Assembly: GCA_963754925.1 (NCBI GenBank)
Contig: CAVWHX010000004.1
Span: forward strand, 128,001 to 192,000
Origin: an uncultured delta proteobacterium
Lineage (GTDB): Bacteria > Myxococcota > B64-G9
Length of the DNA stretch: 64,000 bases
Direction of reading: 5' to 3'
Part shown: in pieces, positions 31,181 to 41,639 of the stretch
Numbering within the stretch: position 1 is the stretch's first letter
How the letters are laid out: each line of letters begins with the position of its first letter
Made by a program: the position numbers and the translations under genes
The notes under the pieces: model-generated
What the model was told of the DNA's origin: nothing
What the model saw: only the letters and a program-made list of their open reading frames with translations
Database searches by the model: none

Positions 31181-31873
31181 ATGCCTAGGGTTCATTTCAT
31201 TTGCCTTGCAAACTCCCGAAAGAATACGGGCCGCTGTGTAGCAGGTATTTGTATAGACAAACAGTGTTGGATTCAACCAATTAGTGCCCTCGAAGATGGT
31301 AAACTCATGCGTGAATATATAATGAGTAATAACAAAGAGGCATGTCTACTTGATGAGATCGAAATAGACGTGGTTGAGCCTAAACCAGAACCGCATCAAC
31401 CAGAAAACTGGCTACTCGGATCTTCGAATTGGCAACTGGTTCAACAGATTCCCGCAGCTTCGGCGATAAAATATCTAACGCCTTTCATCGTTTCTGATCC
31501 GTTACTATTTGGAGACGAGTATAATTGTATTCCTTATGAGAACTTTCTTCGACAACCAGCTCAAAAATCTTTAATCCTAGTTGAGCCTGACACAATTTCT
31601 TGGTTAATCAAGGAGAATATCCGTGGCACCCGCCAGACACGATGTGTTTTCACTCTTGCTGGTAAAGTATACAATCTTGTGATCACAGATCCAGTATTCG
31701 AAAACCGCGCATCAAAATTGGAGTTTGGAAATCACACCTATAATGATGTGGGCATTACATCGACCGACCGTGTCTTTCTAACCATCAGTTTAGCTGAACC
31801 ATTCCGGGACCAGGCTGTGGGATGTGATATGTGCTACAAACTTGTTGCCGCGGTACTTGTACTTCCACAATAA
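31181..31873 (+). CDS. Dual OB-fold domain protein of DUF488 islands
   Basis: ICLANSRKNTGRCVAG, HQPEN, SLILV, ITDP, TISLAEPF, CYKLVAAV. Confidence 0.75.
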   Translation: MPRVHFICLANSRKNTGRCVAGICIDKQCWIQPISALEDGKLMREYIMSNNKEACLLDEIEIDVVEPKPEPHQPENWLLGSSNWQLVQQIPAASAIKYLTPFIVSDPLLFGDEYNCIPYENFLRQPAQKSLILVEPDTISWLIKENIRGTRQTRCVFTLAGKVYNLVITDPVFENRASKLEFGNHTYNDVGITSTDRVFLTISLAEPFRDQAVGCDMCYKLVAAVLVLPQ

Positions 31874-31919
31874 TATCTGGACTCTTGGTGAACCTACATT
31901 TGAGCAATACTCTTGCACC

Positions 31920-33725
31920 TTAGTCTTCAAAATGCCTGGTCTGCATCGATACCGTCAACCCATCGGGATTCATGAGTCGTGTGCGCAGCCCTTCGATCTT
32001 GGGAAGCTCGTACTCGAAGAAATAGCGCATGGTGAATAATTTCCCTTCATAAAAATTCCTGTCGGTTTCGGATGTGGTCGCCGAAAGTGCCTTCTGGGCT
32101 GCGATGCCCTGCAACAGCCACTGCCACGCTATGCACACGACGCCCGACAACTCTAAATACAACGTCGCATCGCACAGGAAAAGATCCACCGCGCCCTTCA
32201 TAGCGAGAGCGACCAGGGATCCCGTGACTTCCTGCAACAATGCAACGGCTTTTTGAAGTTTATCGGCGTACGGCGACAGTTCGACGATTTCTTTCGCTGA
32301 AGCGATGGCCTTTGCGACTTCCTCGAGGTATAGCATCGCCGCCTTACCGTTTTTCATCACCACTTTTCGGCCCAGCAGGTCCAGGGCCTGAATGCCGGTC
32401 GTCCCCTCGTGAATCGGATGAATACGTACGTCACGCAGATATTGCTCGACCGGAAACTCGTCGCTGTAACCGTAACCCCCGAGGCACTGGATCGCCTGGC
32501 TGGTTGAGATAAGACCCATTTCCGATGGGTAACTTTTGACAATCGGGGTCAGGAAATCCAGAAGCAACTCGTATCGTTCCTTTTCTTCCCCTTCGGTGAC
32601 TGCGGCCAGGTCGACCAGTTTGCCGGCAAAGACCAAGAGCGCCAAGGACCCTTCGATGATGGCGCGCTGCTGGAGCAACATGCGCTTCACGTCGGCATGT
32701 TCGATAATCGGTATTTGGCTCTTGGTTGGATCCTTCTCGGTGATTTTTCTCCCCTGCAGCCGCTCCCGCGTGTACTCGAGCGCCGCGTAATAGGCGGCGG
32801 ACGCTATACCCGCCGCTCCCATGCCGACCCCGATGCGCGCTTCATTCATCATCGTGAACATGTACCTGAGCCCCTGATGCGGCTCGCCCACCAGGTACCC
32901 GCGGCAATCGCCGGCCTCCCCCATGCTCAGCTGGGCGATGGGCGCACCCCGATAGCCCATCTTATGATAACAGCCGGCGCAGTTGACGTCGTTGAATTCA
33001 AGCGCGCCGTCGGGCCGAATGCGCATTTTGGGAACGAGAAACAACGACAGCCCCTTCACCCCCGTGGGCGCTCCCTTGATGCGGGCCAGCATCAGGTGGA
33101 CGATATTTTCACAGCCATCGTGATCGCCCGCCGAGATAAACGTTTTCTGCCCTTGTATCAAATAATACCCGTCCTCGGTCGGGACCGCGGTCGTCCTCAC
33201 GTCGCTCAGGGAACTCCCCGCCTCCGGCTCGGTCAGCGCCATGGTGCCCTGCCATTTGCCGGCGACCATATTCGGCGCGTACGCTTCTTGCAGCTCTTTC
33301 GAACCAAAACAATATAAAAGATTAGACGCGCCCGTCGTCAATCCCGGATAGACGCTGAGTGAATAATTCGCTGCGGCAAACATGAACTGGCAGGCGGAAA
33401 ACACCGAAACCGGCATCTGTTGGCCGCCCTTATCGAGAGAGAAGGTGGCATTTATCCACCCTCCCTCGCCGGCCATGGCCATAAATGGTTTTACGGACTG
33501 GTGCACTTTTATGGTTGTTCCGCAATACTCCGGGGCTTTTTTATCCATCTGAGAACACACCGGGAACATAACATCGGTTGCAATATCTTTTGCCGTCTGC
33601 AGAATCATCTCAAAACTTTCTTTGTTATAATCTTTATAACGCTCATAGTTCACCAATGTCTCGATGCCATGAACCGCAAAAAGCGTGAACTTCAAATTCT
33701 TTTCGCTGAAAAATCGTTCTGCCAT
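31920..33725 (-). CDS. Acyl-CoA dehydrogenase
   Basis: GTMALTEPEAGS, GQKTFIS, MMNEARIGVG, LTPIVK, GGYGY, IHEGTTGIQALDL. Confidence 0.95.
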   Translation of the reverse strand: MAERFFSEKNLKFTLFAVHGIETLVNYERYKDYNKESFEMILQTAKDIATDVMFPVCSQMDKKAPEYCGTTIKVHQSVKPFMAMAGEGGWINATFSLDKGGQQMPVSVFSACQFMFAAANYSLSVYPGLTTGASNLLYCFGSKELQEAYAPNMVAGKWQGTMALTEPEAGSSLSDVRTTAVPTEDGYYLIQGQKTFISAGDHDGCENIVHLMLARIKGAPTGVKGLSLFLVPKMRIRPDGALEFNDVNCAGCYHKMGYRGAPIAQLSMGEAGDCRGYLVGEPHQGLRYMFTMMNEARIGVGMGAAGIASAAYYAALEYTRERLQGRKITEKDPTKSQIPIIEHADVKRMLLQQRAIIEGSLALLVFAGKLVDLAAVTEGEEKERYELLLDFLTPIVKSYPSEMGLISTSQAIQCLGGYGYSDEFPVEQYLRDVRIHPIHEGTTGIQALDLLGRKVVMKNGKAAMLYLEEVAKAIASAKEIVELSPYADKLQKAVALLQEVTGSLVALAMKGAVDLFLCDATLYLELSGVVCIAWQWLLQGIAAQKALSATTSETDRNFYEGKLFTMRYFFEYELPKIEGLRTRLMNPDGLTVSMQTRHFED

Positions 33726-33803
33726 GATAGGTACCCTTCCTCGTATCGCTCGCTGGCCATGCAACTCCCTTTTTTCACTGGAAAGTTTTGATCCGCCGGG
33801 CGG

Positions 33804-34070
33804 CTACCTTTTTGCCTTTTCGGCTAATGCGATGATGAAGGACAGTTTGTTCGGGGGCGGAGATAGAAATATCGACTGTTCTTCCTCTGAATAGTGCTCA
33901 CCGATGAATGCACGTATGGGAAGCAGTTCATGCCAGCAATCGAGCACCTTTCGACACGGCAATCCGTCGGCAACCGTTCGGCAATACTTGAAATCCAATC
34001 GGTGGCCAAGCAGGCGACAATAGGCGTTTTGAAGGTCATACTGGTCCATCACGCGGTATGGTGTCACCAT
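33804..34070 (-). CDS. Small Cys4 hypothetical protein (probable metal binding)
   Basis: CRLLGH...YCR...[10 protein letters not shown]; overlaps or abuts the trpB2 stop. Confidence 0.7.
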   Translation of the reverse strand: MVTPYRVMDQYDLQNAYCRLLGHRLDFKYCRTVADGLPCRKVLDCWHELLPIRAFIGEHYSEEEQSIFLSPPPNKLSFIIALAEKAKR

Positions 34071-35452
34071 TTCCCCGTCTTTTTGATCGCCGGTTTCGGA
34101 TAGTGACTGATTTCTTTCATCGCGCTCTTAATGTCCTCCGCCGACAATTCATGATCTTGCAGCTCGCCGTGCAAATATTTGTCATAACCGACGAGATCCA
34201 TGAGACCGTTGCCGCTGAGATTGAAAAGAATGGTCCTCTCTTTGCCTTCTTCCTCGGCCTGTTTCGCTTTTCGTATGGTTGCGGCGACGGCATGGCTTGT
34301 TTCAGGAGCGATAATAATCCCTTCGGTCCTGGCAAAGGTCAATGCCGCCTGGAAACACTCGAGCTGGGGAATGGCCATCGGCGTGAACAAACCCTCGATG
34401 ACGCCCTGTGATACGAGCGGAGCCATGCCGTGATAACGCAATCCGCCGGCGTGAATGGCCTCGGGAACAAAACTGTGACCCAGAGAATGCATCGGCAGAA
34501 GCGGGGTCATTTTGGCTATATCGCCGTGATCGTACACAAACGGCGCTTTGGTTAGCGAGGGGCATGACGTCGGTTCGACCGGAATGATTTCGATGTTCGC
34601 GCCATTGATTTTGTCATGGGCAAAGGGAAAGGCCAGGCCGGCAAAGTTGCTTCCCCCGCCGACACAGCCGATGATGGTATCGACCTTCGCAACGCCCATT
34701 TTTTCGAGCTGTTTTTTCGCTTCAAGCCCGATGATAGTTTGATGCAGCAACACGTGGTTGAGAACACTTCCTAATGAATATCTCGTTTGCCCGGTTGGGT
34801 CGGTAACCGCCGCTTCAATCGCCTCGCTGATGGCAATACCGAGGCTTCCGGGAGTGTTTGGCGTTTTTGCCAGGACATCCCGTCCGGCTTTGGTCTCGGT
34901 GCTGGGGCTCGGGATGCAGGTTCCGCCCCAAACTTGCATCATGATTTTTCGGTAGGGCTTCTGGTCATAACTGATGCGGACCATGAACACTTTACATTCG
35001 AGCCCGACCAGCGCGCAGGCAAAGGCGAGCGCGCTGCCCCACTGGCCGGCGCCGGTTTCGGTGGTGAGTTTTTTTATCCCGAATTTTTTGTTGTACCACG
35101 CCTGGGCGACGGCGGTGTTCGGCTTGTGGCTTCCCGCCGGCGAGTTGCTTTCATTTTTGAAATATATTTTTGCCGGCGTGCCGAGATGCTTCTCCAGATT
35201 GACCGCGCGCTGCAACGGCGAAGGACGCCAGCGGTAGAGAAGATCCAACACCTCCTCCGGTATCTTGATCCATCGTTCCTGGCTCACCTCTTGCTCGATG
35301 AGGTTCATCGGGAAAACTGGCGCGAGTTGATCCGGCGATACCGGCTTTCCATCGGGGCCCAGCGGCGGCTGCAACGGATTGGGGAGATCGGCCGCTAAAT
35401 TGTACCATTGCCGGGGGATGTCCTCTTCCGAAAGAAATACTTTAGTTTGCAC
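34064..35452 (-). CDS. trpB2: TrpB-like PLP enzyme (TrpB2 type)
   Basis: [47 protein letters not shown]. Confidence 0.95.
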   Translation of the reverse strand: MQTKVFLSEEDIPRQWYNLAADLPNPLQPPLGPDGKPVSPDQLAPVFPMNLIEQEVSQERWIKIPEEVLDLLYRWRPSPLQRAVNLEKHLGTPAKIYFKNESNSPAGSHKPNTAVAQAWYNKKFGIKKLTTETGAGQWGSALAFACALVGLECKVFMVRISYDQKPYRKIMMQVWGGTCIPSPSTETKAGRDVLAKTPNTPGSLGIAISEAIEAAVTDPTGQTRYSLGSVLNHVLLHQTIIGLEAKKQLEKMGVAKVDTIIGCVGGGSNFAGLAFPFAHDKINGANIEIIPVEPTSCPSLTKAPFVYDHGDIAKMTPLLPMHSLGHSFVPEAIHAGGLRYHGMAPLVSQGVIEGLFTPMAIPQLECFQAALTFARTEGIIIAPETSHAVAATIRKAKQAEEEGKERTILFNLSGNGLMDLVGYDKYLHGELQDHELSAEDIKSAMKEISHYPKPAIKKTGKW

Positions 35453-35603
35453 AGAATTCTCCTTTCATGCCTATGAATAATGATCGTTACCCTGTCCTCG
35501 CTCGCACGATCAAGCCTAACTTGCATAGCAGAACACCTGGTCCATGGCAACTACAACCGCTATTTTCTGGAAAAGAACCTGCATATGAGCTAAAGTCAAT
35601 TCC

Positions 35604-37268
35604 ATGAAAATGATACAGATATCGCTGGAGGGAAATCCGCTCAAGGTGCCGGAAAATACCAATATCCTGGCCCTGGTCGCCGGAAAATCTGATCTCGGCC
35701 TGAAACGACCAATCGGCGCGATAGTTAACAATAGCATCGCTCAACTTGATAGCGGCCTCTACGAAGGAGCGGAAGTCAATTTCGTAACCGCCGAGAGCGA
35801 AGCCGGACAGGAGATTTACCGGCGCGGTTGCAGCCTGCTGTTGCTGGATGCCACCCGGCGTATCTTCCCTAACGTGCGCTTGGTGGTCGGCCAGTCGCTC
35901 GACAACGGTTATTATTTTGATTGGTTGGGCCAACCTAAGCTTGAGGCGCAACATTTGGTCCAAATTCAAAACCAAATGGCGAGTCTGGTGGCGGCTGACT
36001 TGGCCTTTGAGCCGGAGCGTTGCGGCGTGGAAGAGGCCCGTCGGCGCTTTCAGGAGCTTGGTCTGAGCGACCGCGTCGAGCTGCTCAGCACGTTCTGGCA
36101 CGAGACCATCCAACTCGTGAAGCTCGGATCGATTGTTGATGTCTTGCATGGTCCGATCGCACCATCGACCGGCTACCTGCCGTATTTTGGCCTTTCGCTC
36201 TACCCACCGGGGTTTGTCCTTCGTTTCCCGCAACACTCCTCCGACGAGCCGCTTGACCAACCGCCGCAAGGGCAGACAAAGCTTTTTGAAATCCACCGCC
36301 AAACCAGGGACTGGAACCGCACGCTTGGCATTGAAAACGTAGGCGAGTTGAACCGCGCCTGCCTTACCGACCAGATTGAGGAAATGATACGGGTATCGGA
36401 AGGCTTTCATGAAAAGCGCATCGCCGAGATAGCCGACACCATCACCCGCAACCGCCAACGGTCCAAAATCGTCTTGATCTCCGGGCCGTCGAGCTCGGGC
36501 AAGACGACGTTCCTTAAGCGTCTTTCGGTCCAGTTGCGCGTCAACGGCGTGACGCCGGTGGGGCTATCCATCGACAATTACTACCTCGATCGCAAGCACA
36601 CCCCCAAGGATCAAAAAGGCGACTATGATTTTGAGAGTATCGACGCCATTGATTTGGAGCTTTTCAACCAGCACTTGCTGCAGCTTCTCTCCGGCGATGA
36701 AGTCAGAACCCCACGCTTTGGTTTTGAGTCCGGGCAGCGGCTGCCGCAGGAGAAATCAATCATGCTTCGGCTGCGGCCGGAGGATGTATTGGTCGTCGAG
36801 GGCATCCATGGTCTTAACGATCGCCTTACCGCCCAGGTGCCCGCGGAAAATAAATACAAAATCTATATCAGCGCACTGACCCAATTATGCCTTGACGACA
36901 CCAACCGCATTCACACCACCGACGGGCGTCTGTTGCGCCGCATCGTGCGCGACCGGCTCTATCGCGGGTACGGTGTCGCGCAGACGCTGGCCCTGTGGCC
37001 AAACGTACGGCGCGGCGAGCATCGCAATATCTTTCCGTTCCAGGAATCCGCCGATGACATCTTCAACACCGCCCTGCCCTATGAAATGGCGGTGCTGAAG
37101 ATCTACGCCGAACGGTTTCTGCTCGAGGTTCCGCGTAATGACCCAAACTATTTCGAGGTCCATCGGCTGATGAAGTTCTTGGATATGTTTGTCGGAATCT
37201 TCCCCAACCGCGTCCCGCAAAATTCGATCTTGCGGGAGTTCGTCGGCGGCTCGACGTTTCGTTACTAA
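35604..37268 (+). CDS. Uridine/nucleoside kinase family protein fused to a ThrRS-like N-terminal region
   Basis: N-terminal TGS/ThrRS-like part; GPSSSGKTT, DNYY, EGIHGLN, RLLRRIVRD, FQESAD, SILREFVGGS. Confidence 0.88.
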   Translation: MKMIQISLEGNPLKVPENTNILALVAGKSDLGLKRPIGAIVNNSIAQLDSGLYEGAEVNFVTAESEAGQEIYRRGCSLLLLDATRRIFPNVRLVVGQSLDNGYYFDWLGQPKLEAQHLVQIQNQMASLVAADLAFEPERCGVEEARRRFQELGLSDRVELLSTFWHETIQLVKLGSIVDVLHGPIAPSTGYLPYFGLSLYPPGFVLRFPQHSSDEPLDQPPQGQTKLFEIHRQTRDWNRTLGIENVGELNRACLTDQIEEMIRVSEGFHEKRIAEIADTITRNRQRSKIVLISGPSSSGKTTFLKRLSVQLRVNGVTPVGLSIDNYYLDRKHTPKDQKGDYDFESIDAIDLELFNQHLLQLLSGDEVRTPRFGFESGQRLPQEKSIMLRLRPEDVLVVEGIHGLNDRLTAQVPAENKYKIYISALTQLCLDDTNRIHTTDGRLLRRIVRDRLYRGYGVAQTLALWPNVRRGEHRNIFPFQESADDIFNTALPYEMAVLKIYAERFLLEVPRNDPNYFEVHRLMKFLDMFVGIFPNRVPQNSILREFVGGSTFRY

Positions 37269-37270
37269 TG

Positions 37271-37723
37271 TTATGGTGTTTGGGGTGCTGGATTAGGGGG
37301 CGATGGGTGAAAGAGTTCCGGGCCTGTGCCAAGTTGTTCACTTGTTGAAACTCTTTTCTGATACTCCCGGCAGTTGTTGTAGTTGACCCATCCCGAGATG
37401 GAAGCGGCAGCGTAGACTGCCGTAATGACAACAGTCCCAATCCCAATGGACCCATAAATAAGCCCGGCGGCGGCACAAACACCAGCATCCCTTTGGGCAT
37501 CGGTGCAGTTTGCTGTAGTGTTAGCAGCAAAACCAACCAGGAGTCCTGTAGCTATTGCAAAGACTCCGGTCCCTACTGTGTCCGCAATGGGGCCACCATT
37601 ACTGCATTCAATGTTTTCAAGAGGACCACTAGGCTTAGGAATGTGATTCCACCCAATCCACGAACAGCCGCTCTCAAAAACCAATAGCGTCATCAGCGCG
37701 ATCGTCATTATCGAAAGCCTCAA
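37271..37723 (-). CDS. Cys-rich membrane lipoprotein, paralog 2
   Basis: Lipobox FESGC, two Gly/Ala-rich hydrophobic helices, GWVNYNNCREY, ELFHP; start overlaps the upstream paralog stop. Confidence 0.75.
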   Translation of the reverse strand: MRLSIMTIALMTLLVFESGCSWIGWNHIPKPSGPLENIECSNGGPIADTVGTGVFAIATGLLVGFAANTTANCTDAQRDAGVCAAAGLIYGSIGIGTVVITAVYAAASISGWVNYNNCREYQKRVSTSEQLGTGPELFHPSPPNPAPQTP

Positions 37724-38271
37724 GGTATTTCTCCCTTCGGCGTCTCCGCGTGTGGTGGTGTTGGGTCGGAAGGTGACGGGCTAGAGGGAGCGGGTTCAGG
37801 GGGTGCCGACGTGGAGGGCGCTGGATTATCAACCGGTTTTTCAGGTGTCACCGGATGAAAAAGTTCTTGAGTTGTGCCGAGTTTTTCAATTTCATCAATC
37901 CGTTTATTATATTCTTGGCAGTTAGCATAATTTGACCATCCTGTCATAGTTGCTATGCTCCAGATTGCTGCCACGCCGATAAGGACACCACCAATACCGT
38001 AACGAACAGACGGGCCTAACCCACACATCTCAATTTTAGATTCGTCGCACTCTTTTTGGTCCCTTGCAGCTATTCCAAAGTCTATCGCCGCTCCCACTGC
38101 AAAAGCTATGGTCGCTATGGTATCGAAAGTGGCAGATCCTATTGAACAAGCGAGTCTCTGCCCATTGGCACCCTGGTCAGGAATTTTTTGCCAGTTGATC
38201 CAGGAACACCCTGTCGCAGAAAAAGATATTAGTACTATTATAACGCCCATCGAAAGTATCGAGGCTCTCAT
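37720..38271 (-). CDS. Cys-rich membrane lipoprotein, paralog 1
   Basis: RBS AGGGGAG before ATG 38271; lipobox SATGC; GWSNYANCQEY, ELFHP, Pro-rich tail. Confidence 0.75.
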   Translation of the reverse strand: MRASILSMGVIIVLISFSATGCSWINWQKIPDQGANGQRLACSIGSATFDTIATIAFAVGAAIDFGIAARDQKECDESKIEMCGLGPSVRYGIGGVLIGVAAIWSIATMTGWSNYANCQEYNKRIDEIEKLGTTQELFHPVTPEKPVDNPAPSTSAPPEPAPSSPSPSDPTPPHAETPKGEIP

Positions 38272-38479
38272 GAAAAATCTCCCCTGGTTTGACCGACTGA
38301 GAGCACCAGACTGATTCCATATCCGATGATAATCACTGCAAATGACAGTAATAAGAATAATCGACTCTTTGTTTTCATGTTTCTTCCCTCTAATCAAAGG
38401 ACAGAAATTGACACTCGTACGAGAGACGGTACACCTCGCACCGCATGCGATAACCTCTAACGATGTATTAAATTACTTG

Positions 38480-38495
38480 AGCAAATCTTGTACCA
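38480..38495 (-). promoter_or_regulatory. Sigma54 promoter upstream of the lipoprotein pair
   Basis: Minus strand TGGTACAAGATTTGCT = GG-N10-GC; IHF-like TTTCAATGTGTTA at 38522-38534. Confidence 0.65.
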
Positions 38496-38642
38496 ATTTT
38501 ACGCAACGGACATGATGCCACTAACACATTGAAATTATAATATATTTATTAACGTGTTCTTTTCCCCTCGAAATCAATATGTGTGTTTAATTTTCACACA
38601 CTGTTTCGATTAGGAACATTGCGTTTTTGAAAATAATCTATC

Positions 38643-38670
38643 TTGACAATATTTCTATTATTGTGATAGT
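38643..38670 (+). promoter_or_regulatory. Putative sigma70 promoter of the MarR-RND operon
   Basis: TTGACA-N16-GATAGT with TG extension, followed by an imperfect AT-rich palindrome that may be the MarR operator. Confidence 0.45.
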
Positions 38671-38700
38671 TTTATATTTGAAAGTAATTTGGAGGTGTTC

Positions 38701-39232
38701 ATGGTTACCTTGAAACCCGATGCAGATAGTTGTTCGAGTGGCTCTCTGTCTGATCTTCTCTTAAACGTGTTTAGCGAACTTCAATATCGCGCTATGGGAA
38801 ATTCGCTCGAGATTTTCAATGAAACGGGTCTCACCGTCCCCCAACTCATAACTCTGAATCTGCTTTCGGAGAAAAGCCCTCGCACGATCACTGAGATCTC
38901 CGAATACACCAAACTTTCCGTGGGCGCCACCAGCCACTTAGTGGATCGGCTGTATATCAAGAAACTAGTCGACCGCACCGAAGACGAACAAGACCGACGC
39001 CAAAAACGAGTTTCCCTGAAGCAGGCTGGGCGCGTCCACCGTGGATCGACTGATGCGGTCGCGCAGGGAAGGGCTTAAGGAAGCTCTGGAACTCCTTTCC
39101 GACAAGACCCGGGCTCGTTTTGCGGAAGCACTGACGTTGGTATTGGACGAAATCAAATCCACGAAAGGCACGCCGGCGAACGATGCGATGCGCTCCCCTA
39201 CTCGCTCAACGAATCCCGAGGTGTCTCAATGA
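38701..39232 (+). CDS. MarR family regulator, frameshift at GGG 39028-39030
   Basis: GLTVPQ, ATSHLVDRL, DEQDRRQKRVSL; C-terminal helices continue in ORF 39041..39232. Confidence 0.88.
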
Positions 39233-40581
39233 CCGGTAGGTTCTTGGCGGCAACCATGGCGGTCATAGGAGTCGGCCTGATGCTTCCAACGACGGGAAGA
39301 AGCGCCGATACCGTATTGACGTTGGAAGAAGCGCTCAAGCGTTCCTTCGCCGTAAATCCGAGCGTTGTGGCGGCGCAGGCAAATTTAGATGCTTCGGATG
39401 AACGCGTCTACGAAACTCGTGCCGGATTTTTGCCTCAAGCGAACCTATCCGCCTCGTATCGAAGAGGCACCTTGAACATGGAACACTCTCCCACCATAAA
39501 TATTTCTTCGGTACCTCCTGATTTTAGGGATTTCATAAGTTACAAGAGTTGGAATAGTTTTGATAATTGGGCTTTTTCCTTAGTGATCAATCAGCTCATT
39601 TGGGATTTTGGGCGCACGAGCGGCGCGTACGCTTCAGCCAACGCCTCGCGGAACGCCTCTTCCTTCGATGTCCAGTCAACCAAGGATTCCCTCTGGTTGG
39701 CGGTCACCCAGGGGTACTTCGTAGTGCTTGCTACCCAAGAGCTGATCACCGCCGCGACCGACACCAAAAAGCAGATGGAAAAGCATCTTGAACAGGCTAA
39801 AGCCCAATACGAGGCCGGTGTCCGCCAACGTATCGATGTGACCCGCGCGACCTCCGACCTTGCATCAGCGCAACTGACGCTCGTCAGGGCAATCAATAAC
39901 CACCGTCTGGCGCGGGTAGCACTGAATAAAGCTATGGGCGTGCCCGACGCTACGGACTATCGTGTCGAACGCCCGACCAGCGCCAACACGGTCGAAGTCT
40001 CTTCATTAGAAGACGCGGTCGAGCAGGCCATTTTGCACCGACCGGAAACGCTGGCCTTGAAACAACGAGTCGAAGCGCTATCCGGACAGATCAACGTTGC
40101 TCAGTCTGCGTGGTACCCGGCCATTGCGGGGAATGCCGGCTGGAATTTCACCGGCTATCATCTCAACAACCTCCCCTACAACTGGGGGGTTGGCATAGCC
40201 ATCGCTTGGAATATCTTTAGCGGTCTTCAAACCATTCATGCCGTGCAAGAGGCCCATGACAATCAACGCGCGCAGCAGGCACAGTTGGCTAATTTAGAAA
40301 TCGGTATTCGGGCCGAGGTGGAAGGCGCCCTGGTATCATACCAACAGGCTCGCGGGAGCTTAACTCCGGCCCAAGCCCTCCTGGATTCAGCACAGGAAAC
40401 CATGTACCTCGCCGAAGGCCGCTACAACGCCGGCACCGGCAGCATTGTCGAGGTGACCGACGCCCAGGCGGTGCTCACACAGGCCAAGGCCGGCTTTATT
40501 CAGGCGGAATTCGACATCGAAACCGCGCGGGCGGCGCTGCTCAAAGCATTGGGCGCCATCGCCGGGTTACGAGGAGAATAG
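39229..40581 (+). CDS. TolC family outer-membrane efflux protein
   Basis: Signal peptide; LTLEEA, QLIWDFG, YEAG, RPE, RYNAG, EVTDAQ. Confidence 0.92.
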   Translation: MTGRFLAATMAVIGVGLMLPTTGRSADTVLTLEEALKRSFAVNPSVVAAQANLDASDERVYETRAGFLPQANLSASYRRGTLNMEHSPTINISSVPPDFRDFISYKSWNSFDNWAFSLVINQLIWDFGRTSGAYASANASRNASSFDVQSTKDSLWLAVTQGYFVVLATQELITAATDTKKQMEKHLEQAKAQYEAGVRQRIDVTRATSDLASAQLTLVRAINNHRLARVALNKAMGVPDATDYRVERPTSANTVEVSSLEDAVEQAILHRPETLALKQRVEALSGQINVAQSAWYPAIAGNAGWNFTGYHLNNLPYNWGVGIAIAWNIFSGLQTIHAVQEAHDNQRAQQAQLANLEIGIRAEVEGALVSYQQARGSLTPAQALLDSAQETMYLAEGRYNAGTGSIVEVTDAQAVLTQAKAGFIQAEFDIETARAALLKALGAIAGLRGE

Positions 40582-40583
40582 GG

Positions 40584-41624
40584 ATGCGAAAATACGTTTT
40601 CATCGTGATTGCTCAAACGACCATGGCCCTTCTGATGATCGACTGTTCGTCCCGCACGGAAGCCCTCCCGGCTTCGGGAGCCGCCAACACACCGATAAGC
40701 GTCGAGACCGCGAAGGTGAATCTGGAAGACGTTCAGCGCGCCGTTGACGTTACCGGAACACTTGCCCCCTGGGAAGAAGCGGTTTTATCACTGGAAGCCG
40801 AGGGTCGGTTGGTTAAAGTGGCCGTGGACCTCGGCGATCCGGTGCGTAAAGGTCAGATACTGGCCCTGATCGCACCTCAGGAATACGAGTTCAAAAAGGT
40901 TCAGGCCGAAGCGGAGCTCGCCGCAGCCGAGTCGGATTTCAAGCGCACCCAGGACCTGGCCAAAAAGGAGATGAGCACCCCCCAGCAGCTGGACGAAAAC
41001 CGCAGGCGTGTGGAGGTCTCGCGCGCCGCGGCGGATCTGGCGCGCAAGAAGTTGGTCGATACGACCTTATTGGCCCCGATTGACGGCATGATTTCCAAGC
41101 GATTGATCAACGTCGGCGAATATGTTCGCATCGGAACGCCGGCGTTCCAAATTGTTCAGACCACCCCGCTGAAGCTCAAGGCCGATGTGCCGGAACGATA
41201 CGTGTCGGACGTAACCATCGGCGCAGCGGTGAATGTTGATTACGAGGCGCTGCGTGAAAAACCCTTGACCGGAACCGTCGTTCGCGTAAGCCCGATCGTG
41301 GCCGTCGACTCCCGATCTTTTCCGATAGAGGCCCGGATAGAAAATCCCCACGGATTGGTAAAGCCCGGAACCTTTGCGCACGCATCGATACTGATGGCAA
41401 AACCCGAAAAGGCGCTCACCGTCCCGGAAGCCGCGGTCACCGCTTTTGCGGGCACGCCGCGGGTGTACGTGCTTCAAAACGGCAAAGCGCGCGAACAGGT
41501 AATCGAGGTTTCAGAAAAAAGCAAAGGCCGCGTCATCGTGACCAAGGGTCTGCAAAGCGGGGATACGGTGATCGTATCCGGTCTGGACATGCTCTCAGAC
41601 GGTTTGCCGGTCGTGGCCAGGTAA
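40584..41624 (+). CDS. RND periplasmic adaptor (MFP)
   Basis: GDPVRKGQIL, LAPIDG, VPE, KPGTF, VPEAAV, GLQSGD. Confidence 0.93.
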   Translation: MRKYVFIVIAQTTMALLMIDCSSRTEALPASGAANTPISVETAKVNLEDVQRAVDVTGTLAPWEEAVLSLEAEGRLVKVAVDLGDPVRKGQILALIAPQEYEFKKVQAEAELAAAESDFKRTQDLAKKEMSTPQQLDENRRRVEVSRAAADLARKKLVDTTLLAPIDGMISKRLINVGEYVRIGTPAFQIVQTTPLKLKADVPERYVSDVTIGAAVNVDYEALREKPLTGTVVRVSPIVAVDSRSFPIEARIENPHGLVKPGTFAHASILMAKPEKALTVPEAAVTAFAGTPRVYVLQNGKAREQVIEVSEKSKGRVIVTKGLQSGDTVIVSGLDMLSDGLPVVAR

Positions 41625-41639
41625 ATTGGTGAACTAATC

